In this document: positions 1 through 8,857 of the stretch, in pieces | How the letters are laid out: the number at the start of each line of letters is the position of its first letter | Position numbering within the stretch: position 1 is the stretch's first letter | NCBI RefSeq assembly: GCF_936981045.1 | Contig: NZ_OW441264.1 | Coordinates: 1,020,001-1,052,000 of the forward strand | DNA length: 32,000 bases | Source of the DNA: Candidatus Saccharimonadota bacterium | Lineage (GTDB): Bacteria > Bacteroidota > Bacteroidia > Cytophagales > Amoebophilaceae | Reading direction: 5' to 3' | The notes under the pieces: generated by a model | The model's database searches: none | What the model saw: only the letters and a program-made list of their open reading frames with translations | Told to the model about the DNA's origin: nothing | Program-made: the position numbers and the translations under genes

Positions 1-232
1 CTGCCTGAATGGAGTGAGGGAGGCGCTCACATACAATAACGCTGCTACCTGCTTCTATAGCCATTGCTATATAGTGATGTCCATCTACCTGACTACCATT
101 TATGGCAACAAAACAAGAATCGACTACTGCTTTACGGCTATCAAAACAAAGAACTTGTATAGGCAGATCAGTTCGACCCAATACTTTTTGTACAGGTATG
201 TCTACTAGAAGTGCTTGAAGATTTTTCATCAT
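1..232 (-). CDS. murE: UDP-N-acetylmuramoyl-L-alanyl-D-glutamate--2,6-diaminopimelate ligase MurE, N-terminal part (runs off window start)
   Basis: My reverse-strand translation from the ATG at 232-230 gives MMKNLQALLVDIPVQKVLGRTDLPIQVLCFDSRKAVVDSCFVAINGSQVDGHHYIAMAIEAGSSVIVCE... This matches the conserved MurE N-terminus (DSR.., F.A..G...DGH). It lies directly downstream of ftsI, as in dcw clusters. It is absent from the ORF track because it is open at the window edge. Confidence 0.75.
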   Translation of the reverse strand, partial: MMKNLQALLVDIPVQKVLGRTDLPIQVLCFDSRKAVVDSCFVAINGSQVDGHHYIAMAIEAGSSVIVCERLPHSIQA

Positions 233-332
233 TACTTTAACAGGATAGTAATCTGATCAGAAGTTACGTTAGATTGTGTAGATACCACACCATATATGTT
301 TCCCTCTACCGTAACTCTTAGGCCATTTTTTT

Positions 333-2357
333 CTAATAAAAAAACGCATCACGTAGTTTCATATGCAATACACTCGGCACTGCCTTTGAAGACTGATGCT
401 TACATGGCTGAAATTTTTCTCCTTCAGAGCTGATTTCCAGACTTCCCCAGTTTTCTTCTACATTTACACTTTCAGGTATAGAGAGCTGAAGGCATTGATA
501 TAAAAACTTTAATTCGTTGGTATTACTAACATTAGAAAGTTTAGATGGATGAGACCATCCATTAATGGGTTTTCTTGCATGCAAATCTTTTCCAGCTATT
601 CTATCGACAATATCTTTAAATATGGGAGCAGAAACTTCTGAACCAAACTGAAAAGTTGCTCCTTGTGGGCTGTCTACAACAATAATACAACTATAGCGAG
701 GATGATCTGCTGGAAAATAACCAGCAAATGAAGTAAGGTGATGGTCTGTATATTTCCCACTTACCAACTTTTGGGCAGTACCTGTTTTTCCAGCTATTTT
801 ATAAAATCCATGCTTAATGCGTTGTGCCAACCCCTTTTCTACCGTTCCTTCTAACATCATTTTTAGTTTACACAAAGTTTCATCTGAACAGATCTTTTCT
901 TTTAAAATAGTGGTCGGAAAACTTTTAACCATACCATTAGCTGATTTTATATGCTGTACAAACATAGGCTTCACCATTTTACCATTATTGGCCACTGCAT
1001 TGTACAGTACCAACATCTGAAGGGGTGTGATCTGCAAGTTGTAGCCAATAGAAAGCCATGGCAGTGCCACACCACTCCACATTTTGCTTTTCGGCGTGAT
1101 CATATAGGGTTTTCCTTCTCCAGCTAATTCAACGCCTAAGGGTTGGTTCATGCCTAATTGCTCCATATAGTTAATAAATCTTTGAGGGTTTGTACCAAAG
1201 GTTTCTTGAATAGCCATGGAGATACCAACATTAGAAGATTTCTCAAATACCTCTTGCAAGGTAAGCACCCCATAACCTCCTTTTTTTACATCTCTCATCC
1301 ATCTATTATAAAACTGAATCGCACCATGCCCAGTATCTATTGGCTTAGTAAGCGGCCATCCTGTTTCTTCTAATAAAGCCAACATGGATGCCAACTTAAA
1401 AATAGAACCTAGTTCGACAGTACCCTGGCTGCCAATAGAATAGTTATAAGATTCTATATATTTTCCAGATTCTGTACGCGCTAAATTAGCAATTGCTTTA
1501 ATGGCTCCAGTAGCCACTTCCATTACAATAGCGCAACCATTTTCCGCATTGGTTTGCTCTAGAACAGTTAACAAACTACTTTGGGTTACATCTTGTAAGT
1601 TGATATCCAGTGTGGTAAACAAATCAGACCCATGTATAGGAGGGATCATGGTACTTTCTGGAACTTTTTTCCAATTGCCACCTACAACTTTCTGGTAAAG
1701 TGCTTTTCCATCTACTCCTTGTAATGCTTTGTTAAAAGCATATTCTAGCCCGTATCCATATGTTTCCCTATGTATACCAATGGTACGTCTAGCTAACTCC
1801 TTAAAGGGGTTGTAGCGTTTATATTGTGCTTCAAAAATCACACCTCCCTTAAATTTACCTTGATTAAAAATGGGCCAATGACTCATTTTTTTCTTGTCTT
1901 CATAGGTGATGTACCCTGCATGCAACAATAGATACCTCCGTTTTTTAGCACGCGCATCCATAATCCGCTTCTTGTAGTATTTAGGAGGATTATCTTTATA
2001 AAAGTCAGATAATGCTTGACTAAGTGGATCTATTCCTTTTTTAAAGCAGGCATCTGAAGCCACAACAGGATCTAAAGCAACCCTATAAAAGGGAAGAGAA
2101 GTAGCCAATAAAGCACCATCATAAGCATAAATATTACCTCTGGATGCTACAATAGGTTTATATTCTAACTGTGCCACTTTAGCACAATTGCGCCATTTAT
2201 CTACTTCTACAAACTGTAAGTGAACTATTTTCCATATAATAAGCGCTACAAAAAATATAGCAGAAAGAAAAATTATTCTGGCACGTAATAAAATGGCCTT
2301 AGTAAAGGTCACTTTACTGGTTAGATTTGATGATATAAGGAGGAACCTTGCTTTCAT
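333..2357 (-). CDS. ftsI: Penicillin-binding protein / peptidoglycan D,D-transpeptidase FtsI (PBP3 class)
   Basis: 674-aa ORF with an N-terminal TM helix. It carries the transpeptidase motifs SxxK (SIFK), SxN (SSN) and KTG (KTGTA). It sits between the ftsL-like gene and murE. Confidence 0.9.
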   Translation of the reverse strand: MKARFLLISSNLTSKVTFTKAILLRARIIFLSAIFFVALIIWKIVHLQFVEVDKWRNCAKVAQLEYKPIVASRGNIYAYDGALLATSLPFYRVALDPVVASDACFKKGIDPLSQALSDFYKDNPPKYYKKRIMDARAKKRRYLLLHAGYITYEDKKKMSHWPIFNQGKFKGGVIFEAQYKRYNPFKELARRTIGIHRETYGYGLEYAFNKALQGVDGKALYQKVVGGNWKKVPESTMIPPIHGSDLFTTLDINLQDVTQSSLLTVLEQTNAENGCAIVMEVATGAIKAIANLARTESGKYIESYNYSIGSQGTVELGSIFKLASMLALLEETGWPLTKPIDTGHGAIQFYNRWMRDVKKGGYGVLTLQEVFEKSSNVGISMAIQETFGTNPQRFINYMEQLGMNQPLGVELAGEGKPYMITPKSKMWSGVALPWLSIGYNLQITPLQMLVLYNAVANNGKMVKPMFVQHIKSANGMVKSFPTTILKEKICSDETLCKLKMMLEGTVEKGLAQRIKHGFYKIAGKTGTAQKLVSGKYTDHHLTSFAGYFPADHPRYSCIIVVDSPQGATFQFGSEVSAPIFKDIVDRIAGKDLHARKPINGWSHPSKLSNVSNTNELKFLYQCLQLSIPESVNVEENWGSLEISSEGEKFQPCKHQSSKAVPSVLHMKLRDAFFY

Positions 2358-2661
2358 AAATGGCTAACTGGGCAACCCTTTTAGCTACTTCTGATTGTTT
2401 ACTGTCAAACATATAACTGGATTGCAACCGCATGTGTTTTACGCGAAGGTCATCTACTATGGGCTGAAGTTGATGGATCTTATGCAACATCTTTTCATGA
2501 TAATGTGTATTCCAGATGTAAAGTAAGCCTAAAAATAAAAGATAAAACAAACAAGATAAGTAATAAGGAGTATTTAGAGAGATACCATTTAAATGTAATC
2601 TCTTTTCTAACTGACCAAATAAAGTGTGTTTTTTAATAGGCTTATAGGTATTTTCCCTCAT
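2314..2661 (-). CDS. ftsL: Small single-pass membrane protein, FtsL-like cell division protein
   Basis: 115-aa ORF with one TM segment (YYLSCLFYLLFLGLLYIW) followed by a coiled-coil-like tail. It lies immediately upstream of ftsI and overlaps it. The call rests on position and architecture, not on strong sequence motifs. Confidence 0.55.
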   Translation of the reverse strand: MRENTYKPIKKHTLFGQLEKRLHLNGISLNTPYYLSCLFYLLFLGLLYIWNTHYHEKMLHKIHQLQPIVDDLRVKHMRLQSSYMFDSKQSEVAKRVAQLAIYESKVPPYIIKSNQ

Positions 2662-2674
2662 TTCTAAATAGTTT

Positions 2675-3506
2675 GGTTTTGTCGCGTCTATAGTTTTCTT
2701 AGTATAGGTTTTTCGTTTAAGTCAAATTTTGGATATTATGCGGCCATTAAGATAGCAAAGTTCTCAAAAGTAGAAAGATGATTTTTAGCTCCTCTTACTT
2801 GTCCTTTTTGAATCATACGAATGTTTTCTATCCCTGAAATAGTAATGGAAGCAGAATAAAAATTCTTAAAACCCAGCATAGGTTTTATCCGTTTTTTGAT
2901 AAACCTATGATCTTGTTCAACTCTATTATTCAAATATTTGTTTTGAAATATTTGAATGGTATGATCTTGATCAAGATCTGTATTGATCGCATCAAGGGCA
3001 GCTTTATTACTACCGCTTTTGTCAATTACTACTTTCTTAGGAATATTATTTTCTGTGATCGCCTTGCGAAAAAAAGAAAGCGTTGAAGACTTGTCTCTAT
3101 GATCAGATAGAAAAAAGTTAACTGTATCACCATAACGATCTATGCTCTATATAAATAGATCCACTTCCCGTTTAGTTTAACATAGGTTTCATCCATTCTC
3201 CAACTACTACCAACTGGTCGTTTTCTTTTTCTTACTGCTTTATCTATCAGAGGAACAAACTTAATAACCCATCTCTGTAGCGTAGAATGATCAACTTTTG
3301 CGCCTCTCATACGCATCATCTCTTCCAAATCTCTATAGCTCAAGGAAAAACGACACTTCATGTATACAAATAACAGGATGACTTCTGATGAAGAACAATA
3401 ACCTTTAAAATATGGTAATAACTCGGGAGAAATATTAAACATAATAACTACTTTTTTAAATACCGATACTAAAATAATCATTTTTTAGAATAAACGCGAC
3501 AGAACC
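2675..3506 (-). mobile_element. IS6-family insertion sequence, copy A (832 bp, transposase frameshifted)
   Basis: The ends are GGTTTTGTCGCGTCTAT... and ...AATAAACGCGACAGAACC, the same termini as the intact 833-bp copies at 15386, 18323 and 26803. It is one base shorter than the intact copies. Confidence 0.9.
2736..3481 (-). pseudogene. IS6-family DDE transposase, frameshifted
   Basis: ORFs 3140..3481 and 2736..2933 are the N- and C-terminal parts of the 248-aa transposase seen intact elsewhere. TACTGCTCT in intact copies reads TATGCTCT near 3140, a 1-bp deletion. Confidence 0.85.
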
Positions 3507-3935
3507 GCTTTCACTTACTTCTGCGCCATATAATTCCTGTATTTGAATCTGAATATCTGACAGACTCATACCTTTAGCATATAAAGATAAGATCTTATCA
3601 TCCAAACCAGAAATTCTTGTTTGACGATTAGGCAATAAAATAGGTTCAAAAGTCGATGCTCTACCTCTGGGTACTTCAACCGATATAACGCCATTATCAG
3701 TAATAACTTGCTTACTGGATAATCCATTACGTGCATTCTCTGAATCACTACGTGCATACTTATTATAACCTAAATGGTCATCCATTTCTGACTGTAATGC
3801 TTTTTCTACAAGACGCTTACTTAATTGTTTGAGTAAGCCGTCTTGATCAAAAAGTCTGGAAAGGTCTACACCTGATTCTATCAGTACATCTATGGCCTTG
3901 CTTATCCCATCTTTAACTGTCTCTTTTCTTTTCAT
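3507..3935 (-). pseudogene. IS256-family (Mutator-like) transposase, N-terminal ~143 aa, truncated by IS6 copy A
   Basis: The translation ...LVEKALQSEMDDHLGYNKYARSDSENARNGLSSKQVITDNGVISVEVPRGRASTFEPILLP...LSLYAKGMSLSDIQIQIQELYGAEVSES is typical of an IS256-family N-terminus. The reading frame then runs straight into the IS6 terminal repeat at 3506. Confidence 0.8.
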
Positions 3936-4350
3936 TGTTTTAAGTGTTATGATTTAGGTAAAGATAAATCCTAAAAAATATTTACACACTTAAAACAAAA
4001 GACCCCGTGGATAGTGATCTAATCCTGAATAGTATAAAAAATTAAGCATAATCTTTTTTGACATCAGCTGAATTATTTGTACGTACAATAAAAATTGTTT
4101 TAAAATGGGACCCTTTCTCTTCTTTGGCATGTATCATATGAATTTTTTACGTGCGTTTGCTACTCGATTATATTTTATAATGGATCCTCGATTGCATAAA
4201 GCTATCCATCCACTGATGCTTTTAGCAATTATTTTTTATGGTATAAAAACGAAATAATTGTATGCATATATTTTTATACATTTATATAAATTGGTTGTTT
4301 TTATTATACGTTTAATCCCTGAACAGCGCTTATCAAATCTTGTTCTATCT

Positions 4351-5871
4351 ATGATACTATATAATACTCCCCTTTTAATGGCATTGGCCTTTTTAGGATT
4401 GACCCTAGTGGCAGGCCTTTACGTTAACCAAAAAGCAACTACATTTCGCGAATATGCTGTGGGTAATAAGCGGTTTCGCACGACTACCTTGGTGGTTACA
4501 GCATTGGCTACGGTTTTTGGAGGAGGGAGCCTGATGCGTGAGATGCCCAATATTTATAGCCTTGGCCTGCATCACATAGTCACTTTATTAATGATACCAG
4601 TGGGTTTTTGGACAGTCAGTCTGCTGGGGCTGCGTATGGGTCCATTTATGGGGCACCTTTCTGTTGCAGAGACGATAGGTAGTGTATATGGCAAGTACCC
4701 AAGAGCTATTGCCGCTCTATTGGGTATCTGTTTTTCTATTGGTGTTGTTGCTATTCAAATCAGTGTAATGTCTTCTGCTATCGGCATGTGTATAGATTCG
4801 ATTGACCCTCGTATTGTGACCGTGCTGGCAACCTTAATCCTTATTACCTATGCTATGCTTGGGGGTGTTCGTGCCATTACTGTTACCGATATATTGCAAT
4901 TCGCAACCTTTACTGTTATTATTCCACTCGTTATTAAGTTTGTATTTGTAAAAACAGGTAAATCATTTTTAGAAGTTATATTGCTTTTAAAAAAGCAAGA
5001 AAAATTTCAGTTCGGTACCCTCTTCCAATTTGATAAAAAGCTATTGAAACTTGTTTTGTGGGTTCTATTGACTCCATTTTTGCTGTCTCCTGTACTTCTA
5101 CAAAGGGTATATATGGCTTCTGGCCCAATTCAAGCCCGTAAGGTTTTGTTGCGTGTAACGCTTTTTAGGGTCATTATAGTGGGGTATATCATATCCATTG
5201 GCCTGCTTGTTTTTGTATGGGATCCAACGCTATCAGTAACAGAAATTTGGCCATACATCCTGGCTGCTATGTCACCTCCTTATAAAGGATGCGTAGTCAT
5301 TGGTTTATTAGGGATGACCATGTCCACAGCTGATTCCAACTTACACACTGCTGCAGTTATGGCCAGCCATGATGTGGTAGAAAGCATTCGAGGCGTAAAA
5401 GCAGGCTCCTGTATGTACCAGATTCGACTGGCTAAATTAACTGCATTAGTACTTGGCCTATTGGCTATGATCGTAACGGTTTACTATCCTGATCTATTTG
5501 AATTAACCAAGTTTGCTTGGACCTATCTTACATCTTTTTTTATGGTTGCAGTAATACCTCCTTTTATCTTAGCTATTTTGGGTTTTCGGGGCAGTGCTTA
5601 TACAGCTTTGATTGGAATGACTGTAGGTATACTGGTCTATTTGGTTTTTGAAAAGTGGGGTACACCTGCAATAGATATAGGTGATATAGAAATTATTCCT
5701 TATATAGAAATTATTCCTTTAGCAGCCAATGCCTTGGCTATGATCGCTGCCCATTATCTATTGCCACAACCGGATGGTAAGGGGTGGATTGGGAGCAGCG
5801 ATCAACAGAGAAGAATGGAACAGCTAATACGGGCATTTAAAAAGTATAAAAAACTTATAGACTTAGAGTAA
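4351..5871 (+). CDS. Sodium:solute symporter (SSS) family transporter
   Basis: Polytopic membrane protein. The N-terminal layout (TM1, then ..FREYAVGNKRF.., then a glycine-rich TM2) is typical of the SSS family. The track ORF starts at a TTG at 4258; the ATG at 4351 (MILYNTPLL...) is the more plausible start. Substrate unknown. Confidence 0.75.
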   Translation: MILYNTPLLMALAFLGLTLVAGLYVNQKATTFREYAVGNKRFRTTTLVVTALATVFGGGSLMREMPNIYSLGLHHIVTLLMIPVGFWTVSLLGLRMGPFMGHLSVAETIGSVYGKYPRAIAALLGICFSIGVVAIQISVMSSAIGMCIDSIDPRIVTVLATLILITYAMLGGVRAITVTDILQFATFTVIIPLVIKFVFVKTGKSFLEVILLLKKQEKFQFGTLFQFDKKLLKLVLWVLLTPFLLSPVLLQRVYMASGPIQARKVLLRVTLFRVIIVGYIISIGLLVFVWDPTLSVTEIWPYILAAMSPPYKGCVVIGLLGMTMSTADSNLHTAAVMASHDVVESIRGVKAGSCMYQIRLAKLTALVLGLLAMIVTVYYPDLFELTKFAWTYLTSFFMVAVIPPFILAILGFRGSAYTALIGMTVGILVYLVFEKWGTPAIDIGDIEIIPYIEIIPLAANALAMIAAHYLLPQPDGKGWIGSSDQQRRMEQLIRAFKKYKKLIDLE

Positions 5872-5904
5872 TACCATCCTAGAAGATAGATAGCTATAAA
5901 AGGA

Positions 5905-6190
5905 GTTTATATGCTACTTATCTGCGTAGAGCCTACTCCTGGTTGCAGCTTTACTTTATCCAATAAGACCTGTAAATGCGCACTATCATGGCTAGATGCT
6001 TTTGTAATACTGACTGTTAGCACCAAACCTTCTTGACTTTACACGAGGATATAACGTTTATAGCCATAATATAGTTTATCACCTTTTTTAGTTCAATTGG
6101 CTTCTGCGTTTACGCCTTTTTGATAACTTTCTGCTACGGTTATAGTTCCATATTTATGCAAATCATAACCTTTTTTACCCCTAGAGCATT
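5905..6190 (-). pseudogene. IS5-family transposase internal fragment with in-frame stops
   Basis: My reverse translation gives RGKKGYDLHKYGTITVAESYQKGVNAEAN*TKKGDKLYYGYKRYILV*SQEGLVLTVSITKASSHDSAHLQVLLDKV... This continues the motif order of the IS5-like N-terminal fragment at 21260-21738, whose ..PKGKKSYDLHEDR.. overlaps it. Boundaries are approximate. Confidence 0.55.
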
Positions 6191-6288
6191 TAAGGTTTAT
6201 GATTTTATTTAATTAGTCGTCCCTGAAGTATTATTAATCAATAGGAGACCGGGTTCTGTCGCGTTTATTCTAAAAAATCATTATTTTA

Positions 6289-6528
6289 ACGTGAGTTCGG
6301 GATTAGATTATTTTTTCATTCGATAATCAATATTAATAAAAATTCATAAAATTTGTTTTATAGACAGTTAAATAGGTAGTTGAATAAAAAATAATTCTGG
6401 TAATCAGTTTATTATATATATTATATTTATAGAATTAGATATAAAAACTTGTTAAATAGGTGCAAATATTAACTAAATAATTGATATTAAATTGTTGTAA
6501 ATCAGTCAAATAAATCCCGAACTCAGGT
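6289..6528 (+). mobile_element. 240-bp MITE, copy 1, inserted in the IS6 copy E leader
   Basis: The termini are ACGTGAGTTCGGGATT and AATCCCGAACTCAGGT, which are inverted repeats. It is flanked by TTTTA on both sides, whereas intact IS6 copies carry a single TTTTA at this position. AT-rich with no ORF. Confidence 0.85.
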
Positions 6529-6560
6529 TTTTAGTATCTGCAGTTAAAAAAGTAGTTATT

Positions 6561-7162
6561 ATGTTTAATATTTCTCCCAAATTATTACCTTATTTTAAGG
6601 GCTATTGTTTTTCAGCAGAAGTCATCCTGTTATTTGTCTAGATGAAGTGTCGTTTTTCCTTGAGCTATAGAGATTTGGAAGAGATGATGCGTATGAGAGG
6701 CGCAAGAGTTGATCATTCTACGCTACAAAGATGGGTTATTAAGTTTGTTCCTCTTAATAGATGAAGCAGTAAGCAAAAGAAAACGACCAGTTGGTGGTAG
6801 TTGGAGAATGGATGAAACCTAATGTTAAACTAAACGGGAAGTGGATCTATTTATATAGAGCAGTAGATCGTTATGGTGATACAGTTTACTTTTTTCTATC
6901 TGAGCATAGAGACAAGTCTGCAGCTTTTTCTTTTTTTCGTAAGGCGATCACAGAAAATAATATTCTTAAGAAAGTAGTAATTGACAAAAGCGGTAGTAAT
7001 AAAGCTGCCCTTGATACGATCAATACAGAACTTGATCAAGATCATACTATTCAAATATTTCAAAACAAATACTTGAATAATAGAGTTGAACAAGATCATA
7101 GGTTTATCAAAAAACGGCTAAAACCTATGCTTAGTTTTAAGTGTTTTAAGTCTGCAGCCATT
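6561..7162 (+). pseudogene. IS6-family transposase of copy E, 5' portion (stops and frameshifts), cut by the intron insertion at 7162/7163
   Basis: It begins ATGTTTAATATTTCTCCC, as in intact copies. ORF 6791..7198 reads NGKWIYLYRAVDRYGDTV...NNRVEQDHRFIKKRLKPMLSFKCFKSAAI and then leaves IS6 homology. Confidence 0.8.
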
Positions 7163-7524
7163 GCACGCCGGCACAGGTGTGCAACAAATGGGGTGTAAGT
7201 CCCCTGACTCTAATTTGTCTATTTCGGGAGTCTAGCAGGAGGTTGGATTTGTGGGGTGATTCACAGGTTTAAGTTACCTTTAAATGAATCTGCAAAATAG
7301 CGGGCTGCAACAAAAGTGAACCCAAATTAGCCTCGTTAAGCCGTTTAAGCGCATTTGCCGACTGTCTAGTGGCTACAGGAAGGCTGATAGTAGGATGGAA
7401 AAAATAGACCATGACCATCATACAAGTGCCGGGGTGTTAGGGGTTGCACGCTATGAATGTTTCACATCGTAGTCCGGGAGATCTGATATGAATCCAGTAG
7501 GCCACTGGAAACTTTATTGTATAA

Positions 7525-7764
7525 ACCTTAGTTCGGGATTTATTTGACTGATTTACAACAATTTAATATCAATTATTTAGTTAATATTTGCACCTATTTA
7601 ACAAGTTTTTATATCTAATTTTATAAATATAATATATATAATAAACTGATTATCACAATTATTTGTTATTCAACTACCTATTTAACTGTCTATAAAACAA
7701 ATTTTATGAATTTTTATTAATATTGATTATCAAATGAAAAAATAATCTAATCCCGAACTCAGGT
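7525..7764 (-). mobile_element. 240-bp MITE, copy 2 (inverted relative to copy 1), inside the group II intron remnant
   Basis: Near-identical to the reverse complement of copy 1. The termini are ACCTTAGTTCGGGATT and AATCCCGAACTCAGGT. The flanking pentamers are TATAA and TATTA (4 of 5 match). Confidence 0.85.
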
Positions 7765-7765
7765 T

Positions 7766-8513
7766 ATTAGTAAAAGGATAGCAGATGGCAGTATGTTGAA
7801 GCTAATTAAACAAACCCTAACAACGTCAATAGTAAAACAAGGTAAAATTACATGCAAGAAAGTTGGAGTACCGCAAGGATCACCAATATCACCGTTGTAT
7901 AGTAATCTACCTAAATGTTATAGACCAAGTGTGGCACTCAAGGGGGTATCCAGAAAAGCTAAGCGCAACCTTGCATAGGTATTGTGATGATGCAATTTTG
8001 GTATGTCGTAAGAGTGCTAGCTTAGCGCTGGAGAAATTCACAGAATTAGTAAAGAGGTTATCGCTCATTATTAACCACCAAAAGACACGAATAACGAAAC
8101 TGAAAGAAGGCTTTAACTTCATAGGTTTTTACTTTGTAAAAAGAAAGAGTCCAACAAGTGGCAGAAATAGCATTTATGTATTTCCAACGAAACAATCCCA
8201 ACAAAGCATCCGTAACAGACTAAAATACCTGACTTGTAGAAGAGCACTAATCAAACCTCAAACATTCATCGAGCAAATAAAACCAGTAGTGTTAGGATGG
8301 GTTAACTATTTTAAACATACGAATGCGAGTGAAGCTTTTGTTAGATTGCAGGACTTTATTAATAACCGATTTCGCAGATACTTAACCCATAGAAGAAAAG
8401 GCCGTGGGTGTGGGTGGCAAAGCTATCCCAATAGCAAACTCTATACAATGGGGATGTTGTACATTGGTAGTGGAATGATTAAGTATCCTGAGAGAGTTGT
8501 GCAAAGTTTATGA
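7766..8513 (+). pseudogene. Group II intron-encoded reverse transcriptase/maturase, N-terminally deleted and frameshifted
   Basis: Motifs present are ..RIADGSMLKLIKQTL.., GVPQGSPISPLYSNL (RT block), RYCDDAILV (YADD-type catalytic block) and GWVNYFKH (maturase/X domain). There is a frameshift near 7905-7915 between ORFs 7793..7978 and 7863..8513. RT blocks 0-3 are missing. Confidence 0.8.
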
Positions 8514-8857
8514 AGAAGACTGTCGGACCGCCCTATTCGGGAAAACTGAACGTACCTTAGGATGAGAAGGGAATGGGTAAACAATGAAGAATCAAGTTAG
8601 TCAGCTACTGTATTGCGAGCAATCAGAAGCAATAGATATGCTTAATTTTAAGTGGTCCAACCATTTCTTTACTCTAGACCATTGTAGAGATAGAAAACAT
8701 TCCTATGATTCAAAAAGGACAAGTAATCGGAGCTAAAAATCATCTTTCTACTTTTGAGAATTTTGTTATGCTAATGGCCGAATAATAACCAATATATATC
8801 CAAAACTTCACTTAAAAGAAAAGACGTTACTAACGAAAATATAGAAGCGACAGAACC

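Larger units (their letters stand above)
7163..8677 (+). mobile_element. Degenerate group II intron remnant (1515 bp including a nested 240-bp MITE)
   Basis: The insert is delimited by the interrupted IS6 reading frame (..SAAI | insert | TIVEIEN..). It contains a reverse transcriptase/maturase ORF. The 5' part is structured-looking, G+C-richer non-coding sequence. Canonical GUGYG 5' and AY 3' ends and domain V were not recognisable, so the RNA boundaries are uncertain. Confidence 0.6.
6252..8857 (+). mobile_element. IS6-family element, copy E: older, diverged copy disrupted by a MITE and a group II intron remnant
   Basis: The left end GGTTCTGTCGCGTTTATTC is at 6252 and the right end ..GAAGCGACAGAACC finishes at 8857. 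The transposase frame has an in-frame TAG near 6640 and other lesions. The ORF 6791..7198 segment is about 88% identical to intact copies by eye. The 3' coding remnant (TIVEIENIPMIQKGQVIGAKNHLSTFENFVMLMAE*) resumes at 8678-8785. Confidence 0.8.

Noticed and set aside
14-208. 64-aa plus-strand ORF at the window start
   Set aside because: It lies antisense to a much better supported murE N-terminus on the minus strand. The composition is low-complexity and AT-driven, with no motif.
817-1698. Three plus-strand ORFs (817..1020, 1158..1373, 1501..1698)
   Set aside because: All lie antisense within ftsI, which has complete PBP motifs. These are typical shadow ORFs.
3566-3757. 63-aa minus-strand ORF inside the IS256 fragment
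   Set aside because: It is an alternative frame of the recognisable IS256-family transposase N-terminus and has no independent support.
4106-4258. ~50-aa ORF (MGPFLFFGMYHMNFLRAFATRLYFIMDPRLHKAIHPLMLLAIIFYGIKTK) just upstream of the symporter gene
   Set aside because: It is short and AT-rich with no motif. It could be a leader peptide or a remnant, but nothing in the sequence supports calling it.
8514-8677. Search for group II intron domain V/VI downstream of the maturase ORF (for example the imperfect hairpin CTGTATTGC-GA-GCAATCAG near 8612-8630)
   Set aside because: The hairpin lacks the AGC triad, the 2-nt bulge and the GNRA loop arrangement of domain V. I could not support a ribozyme annotation by eye, so only the remnant call is reported.
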